In this document: in pieces, positions 27,978 to 36,441 of the stretch | Position numbering within the stretch: the stretch's first letter is position 1 | Layout of the letters: each line of letters begins with the position of its first letter | From: a bacterium | Lineage (GTDB): Bacteria > Patescibacteriota > Patescibacteriia > Buchananbacterales > GWA2-38-13 | NCBI GenBank assembly: GCA_030648715.1 | Contig: JAUSGZ010000014.1 | Span: 1,055 to 65,054, forward strand | Length of the DNA: 64,000 nt | Direction: 5' to 3' | Notes under the pieces: generated by a model | Told to the model about the DNA's origin: nothing | Seen by the model: only the letters and a program-made list of their open reading frames with translations | Databases searched by the model: none | Position numbers and translations under genes: made by a program

Positions 27978-30752
27978 CTAGTACTCAAGGCAGTAGAGAT
28001 CGTCCAGAGTCGAGTCGGAACCAGGTGTGAACGGCCCAGGGGCCGGGGGGTCAGTGGTACCAAGAAAAAGCCAACCGAGCGTGAAAATGGGGTCGGAGAT
28101 ATCTAAGTCACCAGAGTCATTGGCGTCCGCGGCGTCAGCACAGTCCACTCGGCCACCACCGGTAAAGAGGTAGCCAAGAGTGTTGACGGAATCAGAGATA
28201 TCAACTGCGCCGTCAGTATTGGAGTCTCCGCGACGGAACGAAATCCCGCCGGTGACTACGACCATCACTTCATCCATACCGACGTTGCCGGCGGGGTCGC
28301 GAACGATGAGAGTAATGGAGAATTGGCCTGACGGCAGGTCAACTGTTGGTTGAACCCCGGCGGCGAGCAACCCATCCTCAAGCATCCACCAATACTGCAG
28401 CGGCGCATCACCGTCAGGGTCGGTTGTTGCCGTGCCATCCAACGCAACGGCGCCGAAGCCATCAATGTCTGCGGACACCTCCTGGTCCGGTCCGGCATTG
28501 ACAATCGGCGACTGATTGCCGTTCCACTGGTCTTGCCAGAAGGTTAAGTTACGCAGATAGACGGTCGAGCCGGGCAGGAGCGATTGAAGCTCAAACTGGA
28601 ACGTCACCATCTGACCGTGCAGACGACGAATGTCGCGGAGCCCAGAGTTCAGGTAACCCTGACCTAAGGTAAGGTCCGAAAGTACCTGTAACACAGGATG
28701 GAAGGCATCGGTGGTGGTAACTGAACACTCAAATGTTGCGGGAACTTCCGCTTCGGTGAAGCTGTATTCGAAACTCACATAGTCCCAGGTTGATTGGACT
28801 ACGAGCGGGATGGAGTAACGAGCGAAGACCCCTTCCTGTACCTGTTGACCGCCACCGCGTCCACCACCTAACGGAAGGTTAAGGAGGTACTCACCGATAT
28901 CGGTTATACTACCGCAGTTGTTGCCCAGACTGCACTCGAGATTACCGAGGTCGAGACCGACCGTGGTTGTCGGAAACGAGACGAACGGCTCTTGACACTC
29001 TTGGTAGTTGTCAAACCCAAATACACCGCTATCGTCACCGGCCAACCTTCGACACAGTGAAAGTTCCGAGAACTGCAGCGTACCAGTGGCCTCACACATA
29101 CTTGACAGAGGTCGATTCCGATCTGGATGTGCAAGGTCAGTTACCAATATCGAAGCGCCAAAACCAACAGTACCAAAGAGTACCTCGGCAAAACACCATG
29201 GTTCCTGCCTAAGCAATGGATCGCGCCCTATGAGAGTGGTATTAAGATACCAATCAACCCGATGGCTGACCCCAGGAACATTGACCCACAGATTGGCAAA
29301 GTGAGTGCTTAGATTGGTGAGCCCGTGATAGGAATCTACATACGTCCCCACTCTCCGGAGCGCTGGTACCTCCTCATTGAGCAATCCGCTGCCAACCCAG
29401 TCCGGCGTATCCAATTGTGTCACTTGGGCTGGTGGGAACACATTCGGCACAGTTACGCCTTGAGCCAAATTGATGGCCGCAGTCGTGACAATCCGCGACC
29501 CGAGACTATGACCGATGAAATGCACCGGTCCTGTATAGCCGTCGGGCAATAGCACCCGAAGACTGCTCGCAAGGCGCTGTGCCTGTGGCTCGATACCAGT
29601 TACTAGCGGCTCTAACTGACTTGCCTCGGTAATCCAATCCCAGGCAAGAATGTTAACCCCACCAGGTACCCGGGAAGAAATTTGGTGAGCCATCTGCAGC
29701 ATCCAACTGTTGAGCTGGTCGCCGCCAAAAATCGGCGGGTCCCATCCGTGCACAATCACGGCGGTGCCATATCTCGGATCGAAGTGGGGATCACACGGGA
29801 AAAAGCCGGTCCAAGATCCTTTTTCTTGCGGAGTCGTGCCGGGGACATAGATTTGCATCTGCGTAAAGCTACCGGGCGTTGCCCGAATGCAAATCTCGGA
29901 TGTTGGCAGGGAAACCCCCACGGAGTTGATGGCTCGTACCCGGTAGCAGATATCTCTGGCTTCCGGTAGTGGAACATCTGCTACCTGTATGGTAGATGAG
30001 CTAAAGGGTATTTCCGGTGGTAATGTCAACCACTCGGAGCAGTATCCGACTCTCCTTTCGATACGGTAACGGTCTACCCACAAAAGACTCGGATGCCATT
30101 CCAGTATTGCAATGCCGCTACCCTCGGGGTGCTGAACGGTAAAGCCACCCGGAGCGTCGGGTAGTTGAGGCGTACCTGACACCGAAACGCGGACCTTCGC
30201 GAGTGCCCAACTCTCATCATCAAGCGCTTGCAACCCACCGGCAAGAAAATTGATGATCATGCCTGAATCGACATGTGGGGAGCTAAAACGTAGCTCGTAC
30301 TGTGAGTAGGCATGATTGGCATGCAGAAGGGCACCAGTTCCCGCAGGATGGTCACCGCCCGGGTACTCATCAGGATACGCCTGTCGATTGCCGGCACTCC
30401 CGGTCGTACTGAACGTCGTGCGGAGCAGCTTTCGCACGTCTCCGACATTGATCTCCCACACGTCCGGACCGGGCACGCCGTTTCCATCCCAGGTGCGCAA
30501 CAGCCACAGATCGAACTCGATGGTGACTTCACCATGCGATGGAAGCTGCTCCAGCGACAGACTGACAGTCTGGTTTCCAAACGAGCCAAGAATTGGCTCA
30601 TCAGTTGGGGAGGAGCGTATTGCCCCCGACGACCACTCGCGGCCGACGCCGCTTTCGAAGTTGGTCGAGTAGACCACCTGCTCCTGCGCGATGACAGAGA
30701 GTGAAGGAATTGCAGCGAACGCTGCCACAAACAACATCTGCATCCAGAACAT
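27978..30752 (-). CDS. Secreted multidomain protein: beta-sandwich + FN3 + alpha/beta-hydrolase + PKD-like + dockerin-like C-terminus
   Basis: Signal peptide; FN3 'YRVRAINSVG'; 'IVHGW' and nucleophile 'GHSLG'; 'PIVNAGPDQ..LDG..DPDGD'; twin EF-like 'RGDSNTDGAVDISD' and 'DANDSGDLDISD'. Confidence 0.88.
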   Translation of the reverse strand: MFWMQMLFVAAFAAIPSLSVIAQEQVVYSTNFESGVGREWSSGAIRSSPTDEPILGSFGNQTVSLSLEQLPSHGEVTIEFDLWLLRTWDGNGVPGPDVWEINVGDVRKLLRTTFSTTGSAGNRQAYPDEYPGGDHPAGTGALLHANHAYSQYELRFSSPHVDSGMIINFLAGGLQALDDESWALAKVRVSVSGTPQLPDAPGGFTVQHPEGSGIAILEWHPSLLWVDRYRIERRVGYCSEWLTLPPEIPFSSSTIQVADVPLPEARDICYRVRAINSVGVSLPTSEICIRATPGSFTQMQIYVPGTTPQEKGSWTGFFPCDPHFDPRYGTAVIVHGWDPPIFGGDQLNSWMLQMAHQISSRVPGGVNILAWDWITEASQLEPLVTGIEPQAQRLASSLRVLLPDGYTGPVHFIGHSLGSRIVTTAAINLAQGVTVPNVFPPAQVTQLDTPDWVGSGLLNEEVPALRRVGTYVDSYHGLTNLSTHFANLWVNVPGVSHRVDWYLNTTLIGRDPLLRQEPWCFAEVLFGTVGFGASILVTDLAHPDRNRPLSSMCEATGTLQFSELSLCRRLAGDDSGVFGFDNYQECQEPFVSFPTTTVGLDLGNLECSLGNNCGSITDIGEYLLNLPLGGGRGGGQQVQEGVFARYSIPLVVQSTWDYVSFEYSFTEAEVPATFECSVTTTDAFHPVLQVLSDLTLGQGYLNSGLRDIRRLHGQMVTFQFELQSLLPGSTVYLRNLTFWQDQWNGNQSPIVNAGPDQEVSADIDGFGAVALDGTATTDPDGDAPLQYWWMLEDGLLAAGVQPTVDLPSGQFSITLIVRDPAGNVGMDEVMVVVTGGISFRRGDSNTDGAVDISDSVNTLGYLFTGGGRVDCADAADANDSGDLDISDPIFTLGWLFLGTTDPPAPGPFTPGSDSTLDDLYCLEY

Positions 30753-30884
30753 CGGAGTACCTTTCTTCCGCGCGAAGCGGAAATCTGCGAACCGAAAAGG
30801 GCATTTTCGGTTCTTGCTTGTTGTGTTGTCAACGAGCCATCAATAATTGACTGCACAAGCGTTCACCCGCGCAGCCAATCAGGA

Positions 30885-30913
30885 AATATAGGTAATACGG
30901 ACGGAAACGTCAA
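30885..30913 (-). promoter_or_regulatory. Putative sigma70 promoter of the dockerin-hydrolase gene
   Basis: Minus strand TTGACG-17 bp-TATATT. Confidence 0.6.
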
Positions 30914-30922
30914 GCCGTGGCG

Positions 30923-31236
30923 CCCCTCACCCAACCCTCTCCCGCGAGGGGAGAGGACAAAAACATTGACGCATAACCACCCTAACCCTTTCCCCTCCTA
31001 CGCCAAGGCTTCGGCGAGCAGGCCACTAGGGGAGAGGGGAAATTAGAATTGTTCATCGGTTCTTCTCTACCTCTCATCTCATCCCCCTCACCTGTCCTTT
31101 CGGACATCCTTCCTGCCCCGCGACTGCGGGGTCCCTCAAGGGAGAGGCAAGTTAGGAAGGATTTATCTCCACCCTCACCCGAGCCCTCTCCCCTCCTACG
31201 CCAAGGCTTCGGCGGGCAGGCCACTAGGGGAGAGGG
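30923..31236. repeat. Cluster of four REP-like palindromes (CCCTCACC..CCCTCTCCC-loop-GGGAGAGG)
   Basis: Copies at about 30923-30956, 30977-31039, 31083-31147 and 31172-31236; copies 2 and 4 are near-identical and carry CCTACGCCAAGGCTTCGGCG(A/G)GCAGG. Confidence 0.85.
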
Positions 31237-31244
31237 AAATAAGA

Positions 31245-32963
31245 TTACCGATCGTAAAGGGAAACAATCTCCTTGGCGTAGTGGCGTTCGATGACCGAAC
31301 GGCGGAGTTTCTGGGTGGGCGTGACTTCGTCGCGCTCGGCCAAAAATTCATCGGGCAAGAGCGCGAAGCGACGTACCTGCTCAAAATCGGGCCGGTCGGC
31401 AAGCGCTTTGGTGATGCGTTCTTGGTAGAGCGCGCGCACGCCCTTGTGGTTCAGCAGTTCTTTTCTATCTGCCGGCCAGCCTTGCGTCTGCGCTTCTTGC
31501 AGCAACGCGGGCCACACCGGCACCACCAAGGCAACAACATACGGCTTCCCGTGGGCAACAGCCATAGACTGCGCGATGAGCGAGTCGTTGTTCATCGCGT
31601 TCTCCAACACTGCCGGCCAGATATTTTTTCCTCCCGCCGTTACTAGCATTTCTTTTCGGCGACCGATAATAAACAGGAACCCGTCCGGGTCAATAAATCC
31701 CAGATCGCCGGTGTGCAGCCAACCGTCGGCGTCAATGAGCTCACGCGTTGCCCCTTCGTCTTGCCAATAGCCGGCGCAGATGTTTTCCCCGCGCGCCAGA
31801 ACTTCCTTGTCGTGCGAGATTCTCACCTGCACGCCGGAAAGGGGAATGCCGACGCTGCCGAACTTCCGTTTCGCTGGGCTATTGACCGTGATGACCGGTG
31901 AAGTTTCGGTCAGGCCATAGCCCTCATAAATTTGCACCCCCACGCGGTCAAAGAATTTCGCCAATGGGGGATGCAGCGCCGCCCCGCCGGAAATGGATAG
32001 CCGCAACCGCCCGCCCAGCGCGCGCAGGACCTTCGCAAACACGAGACGGCTGGCGAGTTGGTGCTGCCAGGTGCCGTGGCGTTGGCGCAACGCCCAGGTG
32101 AACAGCCGTTTCCGCCAGGCAAGGCCGGCGTTCGCCTTGGCCCAGACGGCATCGTGGAATTTTTCAAACACGCGCGGCACCGCAATGAGAATGGTGGGAT
32201 GCACCTCCAATAAATTTTCCTTCAGGGTGGAGGGATTTTCGGCAAAGGCGATCGTTGCGCCATGCGTCAGCGGCATCAGGTACCCGGCCATGTGCTCCAA
32301 TACGTGGGACAGCGGCAGGAACGACAGAAAAAGGTCTGTCGGGTAGACCGGGATAGCCAACATGGATGCTGTTACATTGGAAAGAAAATTTTTGTGGGTC
32401 AGGACCACTCCGTGCGGCAAGCCGGTGGTGCCCGATGTATAGACGATGCTGGCCGCATCATCGGACTGGCGGGGCGTTGGCGCTGACAACGGAGCCGCGG
32501 AAATAATATCATCCCAGCGGTGGCAGGCAACGGCAGCGAGCTGTGGCACGACGGCATTCGCCACCACCAGGTGCCGCACCGTAGGCAATCCCCGTAGCGC
32601 TTCCACAGTTTTTTTCAGCAACCCCTCCCCTGCCGCCACCACGATGCTGGCGCCGGAATGTTCCAGCACGTAGCGGATGAGCGCCGAACTGAAGGTCGTG
32701 TGCACCGGTACCGTTACCCCGCCGGCAAACATCGTCGCCAGGTCCGCAACAACCCACGCCGAACCATTCGGGGCGACGACGGCCACGCGGTCGCCCGGCT
32801 GCAAGCCGAGTTGGCGCAAGCCCGCCGCGCACCGCCGCACCTGGTCGGCGAGCTGGGCGTAGGTGATGCCGTAGTACTGGCCGCCTCGTTTTTCCCGCAA
32901 CGCCACATGGTCGCCATGGAGTTTGGCGACCTCAAGAACGGTTGACGGGATAGTTATTGACAT
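31245..32963 (-). CDS. Long-chain-fatty-acid--CoA ligase (AMP-forming)
   Basis: 'YTSGTTGLPHG', 'FLPLSHVLE', 'EGYGLTETSP', 'WLHTGDLG', 'TPTQKLRR'; start taken at ATG 32963. Confidence 0.92.
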   Translation of the reverse strand: MSITIPSTVLEVAKLHGDHVALREKRGGQYYGITYAQLADQVRRCAAGLRQLGLQPGDRVAVVAPNGSAWVVADLATMFAGGVTVPVHTTFSSALIRYVLEHSGASIVVAAGEGLLKKTVEALRGLPTVRHLVVANAVVPQLAAVACHRWDDIISAAPLSAPTPRQSDDAASIVYTSGTTGLPHGVVLTHKNFLSNVTASMLAIPVYPTDLFLSFLPLSHVLEHMAGYLMPLTHGATIAFAENPSTLKENLLEVHPTILIAVPRVFEKFHDAVWAKANAGLAWRKRLFTWALRQRHGTWQHQLASRLVFAKVLRALGGRLRLSISGGAALHPPLAKFFDRVGVQIYEGYGLTETSPVITVNSPAKRKFGSVGIPLSGVQVRISHDKEVLARGENICAGYWQDEGATRELIDADGWLHTGDLGFIDPDGFLFIIGRRKEMLVTAGGKNIWPAVLENAMNNDSLIAQSMAVAHGKPYVVALVVPVWPALLQEAQTQGWPADRKELLNHKGVRALYQERITKALADRPDFEQVRRFALLPDEFLAERDEVTPTQKLRRSVIERHYAKEIVSLYDR

Positions 32964-32997
32964 GAGACTGAAGAAAATTGGTGGGTAGGTAGTACGG

Positions 32998-33163
32998 GTC
33001 ATTGCGAGGAGTCCCGCCAACTCGGGACGACGCGGCAATCCGACCTCGCAACCGCGGGGTCGCCCTCTGCGGAGGCGCAGGGTCTCCGTGTAGTTCGGGG
33101 GATCCCTCGACCCGGCTCGGGATGACCGCGGCGGTCAGATTGCTTCGCTGCGCTCGCAATGAC
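32998..33163. repeat. Palindromic element bounded by GTCATTGCGAG / CTCGCAATGAC
   Basis: 11-bp terminal inverted repeat, internal GCAATC/GATTGC pairing and several sub-hairpins. Confidence 0.8.
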
Positions 33164-33264
33164 GAAAGTTATTTTACAGTCTCAACAGAGGGAATAAGAT
33201 TGCCGCCCAACCCTGCTCGCCGTCGAAGCGGCGGCAAGCAAGGTTCGGCGGCATTCCCCCACCG

Positions 33265-34122
33265 CTACGCTGCCTCTTTCTCCAGCTCCTGAATGAACTC
33301 GTCGACCTTACGGAAAATTTCCTCGCGGCGGTCCGAATCCGGCAAATTGTGGTAGCGGCCGTTCAACCAGTACATCTTTTTGTGGTTGGACCCCAGGTGC
33401 TGGTGGATGTACGGGGCACTCTTAGGATGCACCACCGGATCCTGGTCGGCCTGGATCATCAAGGTCGGCGTCGTGATCCCCTCCAGCGTAGGAATAGTGC
33501 GCGTACGGATGAAGCGCAAAAACTCGCGCAGGCAGCGGATGGGAATGACCGGGTAGCTCACCTGGTCGGACAGGTCAATGTAGTCCACCTTGTACTCGCG
33601 ACCGGATTTTCTGTGGTAGCTCATGAACCAGGCGTAGGTGTAGGTACGCAGCAGAATGAACCAGTGGCCGCGCAGCTTGATGGGGGTACCGAGCGAGACA
33701 ATTCCCGACACCAGGTCCGGATACCGGTGAGCCAGCCAGAATGCAAGGTTGCCGCCGAACGAATTCCCCACGACGATCACTCGCTTCACATAGCGGCGCA
33801 GGTGGTGCAACGCCTCCTCTGCGGATCTCGCCCAATCCTCGCCGGTCGTTTTGGACATCTCCTTTGGCGACGTCCCGTGGCCCGCGATGAGCGGCGAGTA
33901 GACCGTGAAGCCCCGGTCCACCAAAAATTTGCTTAATTCACGGAACTGGTGCGGCGTGCTGGTGAAACCATGCAGCAGCAGCAGGCCGACCTCGGACCCC
34001 TTATCTATAAAAAGAGGCTCGCCGCCTTTCATAAAAGGGAGGGAGCCTGAAATGCTCGCCGAGGCAACGGTTACCGCGTCAGCAAGCGTCGGACCGAATT
34101 TTGTGGGTATCGCATTAGCCAT
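33265..34122 (-). CDS. Alpha/beta-fold carboxylesterase / monoacylglycerol lipase-like
   Basis: 'LLLHGFT', 'GHGTS', nucleophile 'GNSFGG', 'DQDPVV', 'YHN'. Confidence 0.9.
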   Translation of the reverse strand: MANAIPTKFGPTLADAVTVASASISGSLPFMKGGEPLFIDKGSEVGLLLLHGFTSTPHQFRELSKFLVDRGFTVYSPLIAGHGTSPKEMSKTTGEDWARSAEEALHHLRRYVKRVIVVGNSFGGNLAFWLAHRYPDLVSGIVSLGTPIKLRGHWFILLRTYTYAWFMSYHRKSGREYKVDYIDLSDQVSYPVIPIRCLREFLRFIRTRTIPTLEGITTPTLMIQADQDPVVHPKSAPYIHQHLGSNHKKMYWLNGRYHNLPDSDRREEIFRKVDEFIQELEKEAA

Positions 34123-34428
34123 ACCGACTACCCAAACGTTTTGTAACTATATTTTTTTATTTGGTCTTTGCTTTCTTTTGGGGTACCGGGGTCAACAACA
34201 AACGTATGAAATACTACGATATCATACCACGGCTGTCAACCCACAATTAGTGAATAAGCTGTTCATAAGAAGTACAAATTTTGTGGACATCCGAACTTAC
34301 CATTTGCTACGGTGGAAGTAAAGCCATACTATTGAAGCTCGCGGGAATTCACTGGTGGAAAAATAAATATAGGAGGTATAGGCACATATACATCCCTTTT
34401 TACTACGCATGGTCCGACCACCTTCCTC

Positions 34429-34500
34429 CTCCCTGTAGCTCAACGGATAGAGCAGCGCCGTCCTAAGGCGATGATGGGGGTTCAATTCCCTCCAGGGAGA
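34429..34500 (+). tRNA. tRNA-Arg(CCT)
   Basis: CTCCCTG TAGCTCAACGGATAGAGC A GCGCC GTCCTAA GGCGA TGAT GGGGG TTCAATT CCCTC CAGGGAG A; A20 Arg identity element present. Confidence 0.88.
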
Positions 34501-34566
34501 ATGAAGGCGATCGGCGCATCGGCGCCAAAGCCTGCAGCCGTGTACTTGATTGGCATATCTGCTAGG

Positions 34567-35316
34567 ATGGATGCAGTAAACCATTCTATGGCTGCCGCAA
34601 AGACTTCGCAAAAACTACCGGTGCCCGATGCCACGGCTTCGGAGTTCATCACCGTGATGGCGCACCAGCTCCGCACGCCGCTCTCGGCGGTCAAGTGGGT
34701 CATGAATATGCTGCTTGCCGGCGATGTCGGTGAACTGACTCCGGAACAAAAAAGTTTGCTGCTCAAGGGCTACCAGAGCAACGAACGCATGATCAGCCTG
34801 GTCAACGACATGCTCAACGTCGCGCTGATCGAAGCCGGGCGTTTGCGTTTCCGCGCGACACCCCGCTCATTTGAGGATTTAGTGAATGAAGTGATGCTGG
34901 ATTTTTTTGGCCCTATTCAGCGTAAAAAGATCCGGTTCGCTTTGAACGTAACACCCCCCGCTCTGCCCAAAGTTTCCCTGGATCCGGACCGCATGAAGAC
35001 GGTACTGCACAACCTGCTCGAGAATGCGGTACAATACACGCCGGTGAACGGCTCCATTACCGTAGGATTGGAAAAAGACGGTGAGAAAATATCGGTCACG
35101 ATCCAAGACAGCGGGATCGGCATCCCCAAGCAGCAGCAGAAAAAGATATTTTCCCGGTTTTTCCGCGGCGATAATGCCGTGCGCATGGAAACCGACGGCT
35201 CCGGCCTTGGGCTGTACGTCGTGCGCCGGATCATCGAGCAGCATGGGGGTCGCGTCTGGTTTGAAAGCGAGGAAGGAAAAGGAAGCGCCTTTCACTTTAC
35301 TCTTCCCGTGGCCTAG
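34567..35316 (+). CDS. Sensorless cytoplasmic histidine kinase (HisKA + HATPase)
   Basis: 'MAHQLRTPL', 'NLLENAVQYT', 'DSGIG', 'GSGLGL'; no TM or sensor domain. Start at 34567 or 34588. Confidence 0.9.
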   Translation: MDAVNHSMAAAKTSQKLPVPDATASEFITVMAHQLRTPLSAVKWVMNMLLAGDVGELTPEQKSLLLKGYQSNERMISLVNDMLNVALIEAGRLRFRATPRSFEDLVNEVMLDFFGPIQRKKIRFALNVTPPALPKVSLDPDRMKTVLHNLLENAVQYTPVNGSITVGLEKDGEKISVTIQDSGIGIPKQQQKKIFSRFFRGDNAVRMETDGSGLGLYVVRRIIEQHGGRVWFESEEGKGSAFHFTLPVA

Positions 35317-35330
35317 CCTATCACGAGCGT

Positions 35331-36116
35331 ATGCCCAAGCAACCGCCAACGGACAAAATCTCGGTCCTCATCATCGAAGACGACAAGGTGCTGGGGGAAA
35401 TTCTGCTTCGTAAGCTGAAAACCGAGGGATTTGAGGCCTCACTAGAACGCGATGGCGAAGCCGGATTAACAGCCATTCGCGCCAAATTACCGACGCTCGT
35501 GCTTTTGGATATCGGGCTACCAAAACTGGACGGCTACCAAGTGCTGGAGGCAATGGCAAAGGATGGGCTGACCAAAAATGTTGCCGTCATCATCATTTCC
35601 AACTCGGGCCAGCCGGTGGAACTGGACCGCGCAATGTCCCTTGGGGCTCGTGATTACCTGGTAAAAACCGAATTTTCGCCTGACGAAGTGATGGCGAAAG
35701 TTCGGCGTCAATTGGCACCGGCTGCCGAGCGGACCGCAAAGAAGAAGAAAGGCAAAAAGGTTCTGATGGTGGAGGATGACAAATTCCTGCGCGACTTGGC
35801 AGTGAAAAAGATCACCCTTGCCGGATACCAAGTGGTTACGGCCTCAGACGGTAATGAAGCCATAGCCGTTGCCGCGAAAGAAACCCCCGATATCATCCTA
35901 CTGGACATCATTTTACCAGGCGTTGATGGCTTTGAAATTCTCCGTACGTTGAAGTCGGACGGCAAGCTCAAAAAAATACCGGTCGTTATGCTTTCTAACC
36001 TTGGGCAGGAAACTGACATTGAACGCGGCCTTGGGTTAGGTGCCATCGACTACCTCGTGAAAGCTCACTTTACTTTGGAAGATATTATTGAAAAAATTGA
36101 ACGCTACATTGGATAA
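35331..36116 (+). CDS. Response regulator with two tandem REC domains
   Basis: 'IIEDD..LLDIGLP..DYLVK' and 'MVEDD..LLDIILP..DYLVK'. Confidence 0.93.
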   Translation: MPKQPPTDKISVLIIEDDKVLGEILLRKLKTEGFEASLERDGEAGLTAIRAKLPTLVLLDIGLPKLDGYQVLEAMAKDGLTKNVAVIIISNSGQPVELDRAMSLGARDYLVKTEFSPDEVMAKVRRQLAPAAERTAKKKKGKKVLMVEDDKFLRDLAVKKITLAGYQVVTASDGNEAIAVAAKETPDIILLDIILPGVDGFEILRTLKSDGKLKKIPVVMLSNLGQETDIERGLGLGAIDYLVKAHFTLEDIIEKIERYIG

Positions 36117-36128
36117 GTGTACAAATCA

Positions 36129-36166
36129 GTACTAAAAAATGGCTTAACAAAGCCATTTTTTAGTAC
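36129..36166. terminator. Long inverted repeat/terminator
   Basis: GTACTAAAAAATGGCTT AACA AAGCCATTTTTTAGTAC. Confidence 0.75.
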
Positions 36167-36267
36167 ATAACTATTCTGCACGTTAAGTATTTTCTTATGA
36201 GGATTCATTGCCAATAACGAACAGTTATGCTAGAGTCTCTCTACGCTGAAATATTTTCATGATCTGT

Positions 36268-36341
36268 GGGCCTGTAGTACAGTGGTAATACGCCGCATTC
36301 GCATTGCGGAGGCGGGGGTTCGATTCCCCCCAGGTCCACCA
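36268..36341 (+). tRNA. tRNA-Ala(CGC)
   Basis: GGGCCTG...CCGCA TTCGCAT TGCGG...TTCGATT...CAGGTCC ACCA; G3:U70 present; followed by terminator aaaaatcccg tacg cgggattttt. Confidence 0.95.
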
Positions 36342-36441
36342 AAAAATCCCGTACGCGGGATTTTTTGGTGCTCAGGGCACCACAAACCTTGGCAGACGTG
36401 CGTGGCGCTAAACCTATTTTTGCATCGCATGCTAGGATACT

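Noticed and set aside
30923-31236. Possible CRISPR array
   Set aside because: Units vary in length and content, spacing is irregular and there are no cas genes; this fits REP-like repeats.
34130-34420. Degenerate DnaA-box-like words (also at 57790-57895)
   Set aside because: All have two or more mismatches or unclear spacing, so an origin cannot be supported.
34471-34566. N-terminal extension of the kinase ORF
   Set aside because: It overlaps tRNA-Arg; the true start is downstream.
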